Below are positions 58,901-64,000 of a DNA stretch of 64,000 nt, one piece after another. Source of the DNA: a bacterium (GTDB lineage: Bacteria > Zixibacteria > MSB-5A5 > GN15 > FEB-12). The translations under genes and the position numbers were made by a program. The notes below the pieces were generated by a model. It was not told where the DNA came from. It worked only from the letters and a program-made list of their open reading frames with translations, and made no database searches. The stretch lies in assembly GCA_043811375.1 (NCBI GenBank), contig JBDRNJ010000057.1, positions 12,452 to 76,451 of the forward strand, read 5' to 3'. The first letter of the stretch is position 1. Every line of letters starts with the position of its first letter.

Positions 58901-61900
58901 TATTGTGAGCAATTAGCGGAAACCAGGGCCGAGTTCTTAATTCAGGAGCTCAAGGACAGCTGTGACTTGCCCCCGTCACTTGCGCTACATACTAAGGAAG
59001 TCCTGGCACAGTACCTGCTCGAGACATGTGGGCTCAAGGATCCATTGGGTCTGATTACACGTGATGAGCTAATTGCAGGTCACCTACTGCTTGAGTATGT
59101 TGAATCAAAGCTTCCACCGAATTGTTCCCTGAAACAGATTGCTGTTGAGGACCCCTACACATACGACACTATCTGTAACCTCATCTGTGATACGCTGTTT
59201 CATGACGATTGTGTAGAAATGCTGCTTGAACTTGTGAACGAGCGCCTGCCCGCACAGATTCCTGATACGATTCCCCTCTACTCTCCGGTGTACTCCGAGT
59301 TTGCAGATGATTGCGCTCCATTCGATTCTCTGTTAATCATCTACGATACTGTTTTGGTGTTTCAGGGCGTAAGTGAAGACGAACAGTGCCGGCTTGCTTT
59401 CTATTATTCCAAGGGTGATCTGGTCAGTTTCTCTCAGGTTGAGAAGTTGCATTCCCCGCAATATGAATGGTCGTTTCCATCTGACATACAAGCTTCGCCC
59501 GATCTGTTTAAGAACCTGACTGTTCAAGTTGTTGCTGGCCATGGAGAAGCAGATCGTACTGCGTACTTGTTCAGCGACTGTCCTCTCGACTGGCCTGCTG
59601 ACCCGCAGATTGTATGCGATACACTTGTTAGGCCTTCAGCGTGCGCTGAAGAAGCATTTCGTTTGCTCAATGCGTACTGGCCTCGTCCGCTGAACAAGCT
59701 CATTACATTCGACGAAGATGACAACCCTGAATGCTATTTGGCAGTATTCGCTAACAAGGAGTTGGTTACTTTCATTATTCCTGCTGATTATCTGGAAGGA
59801 CTCAAGAGGAAAGTACCGATCGACAGCTGTCGCATTGTCTTTTATGATCGAAATGGAAACCACATCAGTCTGAGTGACGCAGACGGATTTGTAAATCTGA
59901 GATGTGTTGCAGAAGTTCCGGGACCGTTTGAAGTTGACCCTGCGTATGACCTGCCTTTTGCCGAACTTGCAGTGGACATACTAATGCGAAACCGTGATAG
60001 CTTGACTGGATACATTTTTACTGATTGTGATGTCGCTGCAACAAAGGACTGCGAGATTTTCGTTAAGGATCTCGATTGGCCAGAGACGAAACCGCTAGCA
60101 CCAGATGACTGGAGAAAAGACTGTCTGGAATTGCAGCGAGCCGAAGCCGAGTATGAAGGCAGGCGAATGTATGACGACTATATGTTTAGACTGGCTACAG
60201 AATACCGCGACGTGTATGCCAACAAGTGTTTTGATCCTCCATTTCTTGAGACCTTTACAGGTGTAGCGTATACCAGTGGTGACTATCAGTTCACGTTATA
60301 CTACTGGGACGCTGCGGATAATCTTATACAGACAGTGCCTCCAGCCGGAGTGGATACACTACCTAGTTCTACAGTCTTTGAGTTTCTCACGGGAGCGGCG
60401 GCTGCGGGAGACAATCCTCAGCATGGATTGAAGTCGCGTTTCAAGTATAACACACGTAATCAGGTGATATGGCAGCATACGCCTGACGGTGGCGAGATCA
60501 GGATCTGGTATGATCGCAAGGGCCAGGCACGCTTCTCGCAGGACGAGAAGCAGGCTCAATCAGAGTCATACTCCTATACACACTATGATAGGCAGGGCCG
60601 GGTAATTGAGGTCGGTCAGATCACCGGGCCGAATGTCAATGTCATCTCACTTCATGTTGACTCGTCTTGGTATCCTTCACATACGGACACCAGCCGGTAC
60701 AGTTTGTCTGAGATAACCCGGACCTACTATGATACAGATCGTTACCTGGATTTCAAACCGCCTGGCTTTGAGGCCGAGAACCTTCGTGGCCGAGTGGCTT
60801 CAGTCACATACCAAAAGACTCTGGAAGACTCCCCGGTGGCCTCATTCTACAGCTACGATGCCCATGGGAACATCAGGAGCTTTGTTCAGCACATTGCTGA
60901 GCTGGGGAGTAAGCGGATGGATTATACATACGATCTGATAAGCGGCAACGTAACACGTATAGCTTACCAGGAGGGATACCCCGATCAGATGTTTCATCGG
61001 TACGAATATGATATCCAGGATCGGTTAAGCAATGTCTTTACATCGATCGATGGAGTCTTCTGGGACCGGGATGCTCAATACGAATACTACGCTCATGGTC
61101 CCTTGGCTCGAGAGGAACTGGGGCATGACCGCGTGCAGGGCTTGGATTACGTGTACACTCTTCAGGGCTGGACCAAAGGAGTCAATTCAAACACACTGGC
61201 TGTTACTCGTGATCCTGGAGTCGATGGCGACAGAGATCTGGCTAACAATCCCAACCATGATGTCGCACCCGACGTCATCGGATACTCTTTGGGGTATTTT
61301 CGGGAAGACTATGTACCGGTTGATGTTAACCTGACGTCGAACAATCTCTTTGTGGCGGACCACGCTGGTTCCAACTTTGGCCAGAAATTGAGAGGACTTT
61401 ATGACGGCAAGATAAGCCATATGGTCACTGCTATGCATGGATTGGGCTCCGAGGAGCCTGTAGTCCAGGCGAGTGCCTATGGATATGACCAACTGTATCG
61501 TCTCACTCGAATGGAGACGGACACCAATCTTGACCGCACAGCAAACGTCTGGCGTGGCACGGTGGATGACAACACCAATTACAGTACAGAGTACACTTAT
61601 GATGCAAACGGCAATATCCGGACACTAACACGCAACGGTAAGCTCACACAGCCACCCGCAGGTCAGAACCTTAAGATGGATGAACTAACGTATTTCTATG
61701 ACGAAGCGGCTGGTGGTAGCCTGTTGTCCAACCGGCTCCTGCATATCAAGGACGCCGTAAGTGCTGATGCCTACGGACATGATCTGGATGATCAGGATAA
61801 TCCCAGTATTGGATCGTTTGACCCTGATAATGCTCGGACGCACAATTATGCCTATGATGAGATCGGCAACCTTGTTCGAGACCGAGCTTCGGGCATAGAA

Positions 61901-63295
61901 ATGATAGAATGGAATTCGTACGGTCGCGTAACAAGTGTCATAAAGGATACTGATGGTGGCCCGGACCTGGAGTTCACTTATGATGGTGAACAGAATCGCA
62001 TGTCCAAGATCGTCAAACCTCACGGTAGTGATGCAACACAGTGGACCTACATCTATTATGTTCGTGATCCCCAGGGCGAGGTTATGGCAACATATCGAAG
62101 GACAACCTCGCCTGACCCATCCGGAACAACAGATCATTATGTCGACAGTGTTTTCCTAACCGATCATTCGCTCTATGGCTGGCGGCGTCTTGGGCTTCGC
62201 CACGCCAATAAACTAATCCAAACCCATTCGTATTCGGCTGCTACGGATACGATTGACGGCAGCCTGGAGATTGGCTCATCAGGTTATGATGCAAACTCAG
62301 TGACATTCAACAATGCAACAGCTGAACGTATCACCGGGCAAAAACAATATGAGCTTGTCAACCATCTCGGCAATGTGCTGGCCACAGTGTCCGACTTGAC
62401 GGATAGGGTAGATGAAAATGATGATGACGTGGCAGATCTATCACGTGCTAGAATTCTCTCCTTAACCGGGTACTATCCATATGGAATGCGCATGCCGGGA
62501 AGAGCTGTGGGTGACACCGCTTATCGGTTTGGTTTCAATGGAATGGAGAGAGACATTGGGTGGGTTGACAACTCGAATATCTATTGTACGCTCTACCGTA
62601 TTTATGACGCGCGAGTTGGGCGATGGCTGTCAGTCGACCCTCGTGTAGATGACCTTGCTGCGCATTCCTCATACATGTCAATGACCGGGAACCCCATATC
62701 CATAACTGATCCTCTTGGGGATAAGGGTTTAGATGACAAGAGGATAGACGTTCTAGACTATTACGGAGTTCTGTTTATACCTGGCTATGCCGAAGAGATG
62801 ACGGAGGACGAACTCCATGATTATATGCAGAACAGAATTGCGCACAATGCCGGCTTTCTTGCAGCATTCATGAGTGTTGCTGGTGTATCCGCGGTGGCTG
62901 GACTTGAGTACTTGGCATCCAGAACTGCTCCAGCTCCCACAGGGCGACCAGGGGACGTCGGTGACATAGGACCAACAGCGGAGCCTGGCGCTGACAAGCA
63001 ACGGAAGAAAACGCATGGTAATAAGCTTGATGACAAACCTGCGGAAGGTTATACATTACAGGATAGAGATACCGGCGAGATAAAGAAGTATGGAGAAACC
63101 ACCTGGGGTGAAGACGCATTCGGCCGAGGTAAACAGAAAAGGTACACTAAGAAGTACCTGAAGAAGCAAAACGTTGACTATGTCAAGGAGAAATCAGGGA
63201 CAAAAAAGGAAATGCACCAGTGGCAACATAAGAAGATCCTCCAGCATAAGAAGGAACATGGAAAGAGACCAGATCTCAATAAGAGCGATTACTAG
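55964..63295 (+). CDS. Rhs-repeat-associated-core polymorphic toxin (~2443 aa) with URI/GIY-YIG-like C-terminal nuclease
   Basis: ATG at 55964 follows GGAGG. FN3-like N-terminus, DUF6443-like TYFDGSLRRRQT, many YD repeats, core NHLGNV...YYPYG...YRFGFNGME...RIYDARVGRWLSVDP...NPISITDPLG, and tip HGN...YTLQD..TGEIKKYGET...RY...RPDLN. Confidence 0.88.
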   Translation: MTKPAVCVTVLLSFYASIIESGLTREVIHCDTISGRSQIELTDVVVNIPSDVERFTAEVTLEYDAGPSILLTEDWHYTVHVNITGEVAEGITSLQDELTLRNSRSIRTFQTASRHELLYGQMTLTVAPVEVSGAIPENIDLVLLLHHEPKWDPGNARPPKPRLSGRDTLVWQPVDGCQYYEVESAFIDDLAGYTGRINPFTAKVPVRVSTADTLHVLDLQLTSGTVAVRYRAVGTFGRGGLDFGETRRYSKWSETLSMQISKSASPSTDLTEFEPNLNWQSASTFAEQGRRLRTLTYFDGSLRRRQTAQSWSRDDLTLVTDVKYDHEGRSPISILPTPTKCSDLGFRALFHLSSSGTAYGAVDVDTWPDMPLAATSGAGQYYREFLDGFGYLHRYTPRSDGYPFSLVRFVRDNSGRVEYSSGIGEHLRVDGDNSSQFVYGTATQSDLFRLFGSNSGVASAVKRDLVIDPNAQGLIAFKDGQDRVIATALTGANPPSLDRLPGIAVDTVRFSLAGNNTISIERGISRSVSRIPNRAGAYCDFTYSLSGVQYEPDLGEDFPSLPCRECTYELTIQIISPTGRQIKIFWDELQDSVETIVDTVFPEPGVPCVDGSYTWPDIHFRAFFARAGSYSVIKTLRQLSGALDSTLAFWETEPEAAELYTPAFFIAQQLAMTDTSLCNLTCVQHCREMLQKDNQAHYDTTGEWLYTDEQLPEAVSLCCDGFITNHAIDRVTALECSSLFEMMKQDVSPGGWLFDSTGWLEEQIGNTGLAGTVCSDNLDDQEIRECLLDHWDVTVATMLLPEHPEWCHVEKCWNDSASAAYDRRMDAIEHPVIALVRGYYNPADMDGAPGLPSGYCEPDPFLSYARRKEMMKDMLQVFYIDSFEIIGVDTVFDTLTIWEYVSNGKYYHGPLDAYDENSASIWTTFRSLYQGLKDEIRDQESSEDLGCPYMEYSRALVKRPLVRVDSSTATDSRDSLLTSYCEQLAETRAEFLIQELKDSCDLPPSLALHTKEVLAQYLLETCGLKDPLGLITRDELIAGHLLLEYVESKLPPNCSLKQIAVEDPYTYDTICNLICDTLFHDDCVEMLLELVNERLPAQIPDTIPLYSPVYSEFADDCAPFDSLLIIYDTVLVFQGVSEDEQCRLAFYYSKGDLVSFSQVEKLHSPQYEWSFPSDIQASPDLFKNLTVQVVAGHGEADRTAYLFSDCPLDWPADPQIVCDTLVRPSACAEEAFRLLNAYWPRPLNKLITFDEDDNPECYLAVFANKELVTFIIPADYLEGLKRKVPIDSCRIVFYDRNGNHISLSDADGFVNLRCVAEVPGPFEVDPAYDLPFAELAVDILMRNRDSLTGYIFTDCDVAATKDCEIFVKDLDWPETKPLAPDDWRKDCLELQRAEAEYEGRRMYDDYMFRLATEYRDVYANKCFDPPFLETFTGVAYTSGDYQFTLYYWDAADNLIQTVPPAGVDTLPSSTVFEFLTGAAAAGDNPQHGLKSRFKYNTRNQVIWQHTPDGGEIRIWYDRKGQARFSQDEKQAQSESYSYTHYDRQGRVIEVGQITGPNVNVISLHVDSSWYPSHTDTSRYSLSEITRTYYDTDRYLDFKPPGFEAENLRGRVASVTYQKTLEDSPVASFYSYDAHGNIRSFVQHIAELGSKRMDYTYDLISGNVTRIAYQEGYPDQMFHRYEYDIQDRLSNVFTSIDGVFWDRDAQYEYYAHGPLAREELGHDRVQGLDYVYTLQGWTKGVNSNTLAVTRDPGVDGDRDLANNPNHDVAPDVIGYSLGYFREDYVPVDVNLTSNNLFVADHAGSNFGQKLRGLYDGKISHMVTAMHGLGSEEPVVQASAYGYDQLYRLTRMETDTNLDRTANVWRGTVDDNTNYSTEYTYDANGNIRTLTRNGKLTQPPAGQNLKMDELTYFYDEAAGGSLLSNRLLHIKDAVSADAYGHDLDDQDNPSIGSFDPDNARTHNYAYDEIGNLVRDRASGIEMIEWNSYGRVTSVIKDTDGGPDLEFTYDGEQNRMSKIVKPHGSDATQWTYIYYVRDPQGEVMATYRRTTSPDPSGTTDHYVDSVFLTDHSLYGWRRLGLRHANKLIQTHSYSAATDTIDGSLEIGSSGYDANSVTFNNATAERITGQKQYELVNHLGNVLATVSDLTDRVDENDDDVADLSRARILSLTGYYPYGMRMPGRAVGDTAYRFGFNGMERDIGWVDNSNIYCTLYRIYDARVGRWLSVDPRVDDLAAHSSYMSMTGNPISITDPLGDKGLDDKRIDVLDYYGVLFIPGYAEEMTEDELHDYMQNRIAHNAGFLAAFMSVAGVSAVAGLEYLASRTAPAPTGRPGDVGDIGPTAEPGADKQRKKTHGNKLDDKPAEGYTLQDRDTGEIKKYGETTWGEDAFGRGKQKRYTKKYLKKQNVDYVKEKSGTKKEMHQWQHKKILQHKKEHGKRPDLNKSDY

Positions 63296-63304
63296 GAGTC
63301 TGCA

Positions 63305-63703
63305 GTGAAGCTCTGGATCGGGGGAGAAATTCAGGCTGATGTCGCGGATGCGTTTCGAGAAGCACGTTCATTTGTCGAGCGGACCGTGAATAAGAAGATT
63401 GAGAGTAGGCACTACGATACTGCATTTGATGATTGGGATGTCATAGCGATCCTCCGGGACGATGATGCATTTGAGGAGCTCACTCGGCTATCTAAGAAGA
63501 AAAGAGACATGGACTTTCGCCTGAGGCTTGGTTATAGGGAATTCAAGTACGGAGACGCGAATGAGCGCCGTTCGATGATCTTCAAGATGCTCTGTAGAAG
63601 CATAGAGCTATTGGCGACAAAGGTCGCGGATCGTCGTGGATTGGAGTCCCTACTCACTGACCTGATCAAAATCGGTCAAGAACACGGTTGGAAAGCAACC
63701 TAG
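63305..63703 (+). CDS. Immunity protein, Imm44-like
   Basis: Directly downstream of the toxin, with its own AGGAG RBS. WIGGEI...FREAR..VE...DFRLRLGYREF pattern. Confidence 0.7.
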   Translation: MKLWIGGEIQADVADAFREARSFVERTVNKKIESRHYDTAFDDWDVIAILRDDDAFEELTRLSKKKRDMDFRLRLGYREFKYGDANERRSMIFKMLCRSIELLATKVADRRGLESLLTDLIKIGQEHGWKAT

Positions 63704-63798
63704 TCATGGGAAGCACGGAATGGCTGGCTGCAAATAGCGGTTGTTCGCCAGGAGTTATATCTTTGCTTGATGCTAGATCTTCAGGTACATGTAGCGGC

Positions 63799-64000
63799 TG
63801 TATGTCGTCAAACAAGTCGGACACGTTGCTCCTTAAGCTAAGACACACTTTGCCTCATCGCAATGGCTTTTCGGTATGATTCTCTCCGTTTCCTGATTGT
63901 TTCTGTCTTGATTCGTTCCCGCTGCTCCAATATCTCCGCTGCCCGCCCATGATAAACGTCTGCCGGGGTCACGTTGGACAGTGATTCGTGGTACCGCCGA
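63799..64000 (-). mobile_element. IS3-family element, right end with the C-terminus of the OrfB transposase (63838..>64000)
   Basis: Minus strand reads RRYHESLSNVTPADVYHGRAAEILEQRERIK...SVS*. The terminal IR ends in CA on the minus strand (TGTATGTCGTCAAACAAGTCGGACA on plus). Confidence 0.88.

Larger units (their letters stand above)
15839..64000. mobile_element. Composite genomic island downstream of tRNA-Asn; right boundary is not in the window
   Basis: Abrupt switch from housekeeping genes to defence, recombinase, IS and toxin genes right after the tRNA, with visibly more AT-rich sequence. Confidence 0.8.

Noticed and set aside
1..64000. CRISPR array, cas genes, rRNA, or an intact prophage
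   Set aside because: No regularly spaced repeats, cas motifs, rRNA-like sequence or phage structural genes were seen.

Overview
The window has two parts. Positions 1-15.6 kb are a housekeeping block on the minus strand: pspC/LiaF-like genes, an amino-acid binding protein, cmk, plsC, rpsA, a TPR protein, Xaa-Pro peptidase, accB, a PilT/PilU-family ATPase, accC, gcvH, gcvPA, two Zn-ribbon paralogs, a thioredoxin-TPR gene and the 5' part of gcvPB. The thioredoxin-TPR gene has an in-frame TGA in a UxxC motif followed by a SECIS-like hairpin, so it is probably a selenoprotein that the ORF track truncates. A tRNA-Asn(GTT) at 15766-15838 is followed by at least 48 kb of accessory DNA in several modules: (a) a three-gene XRE-HTH/SNF2 helicase/DUF3883 + DUF1156 methyltransferase + DUF499 ATPase restriction-like (BREX-related) defence operon, with a palindromic operator and a divergent Fe-S HhH-GPD glycosylase; (b) an operon of histidine kinase, two stand-alone receivers, a K+-channel-like protein, a Liv-type ABC importer and an NPPF methyltransferase; (c) a phage-remnant or satellite-like element (large serine recombinase, DUF2924, ParB-methyltransferase, two TerS-like HTH paralogs); (d) a secreted Ig-like-repeat alkaline-phosphatase-superfamily enzyme; (e) a giant Rhs locus with a 2310-aa TcB/SpvB-like YD protein, a LolA-like protein, a ~2440-aa Rhs toxin with a URI/GIY-YIG-like tip, and Imm44-like immunity. 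The two giant proteins share an unnamed Cys-rich module. Four ends or remnants of one IS3-family element punctuate the island. All family assignments come from motif recognition by eye; no database search was run.
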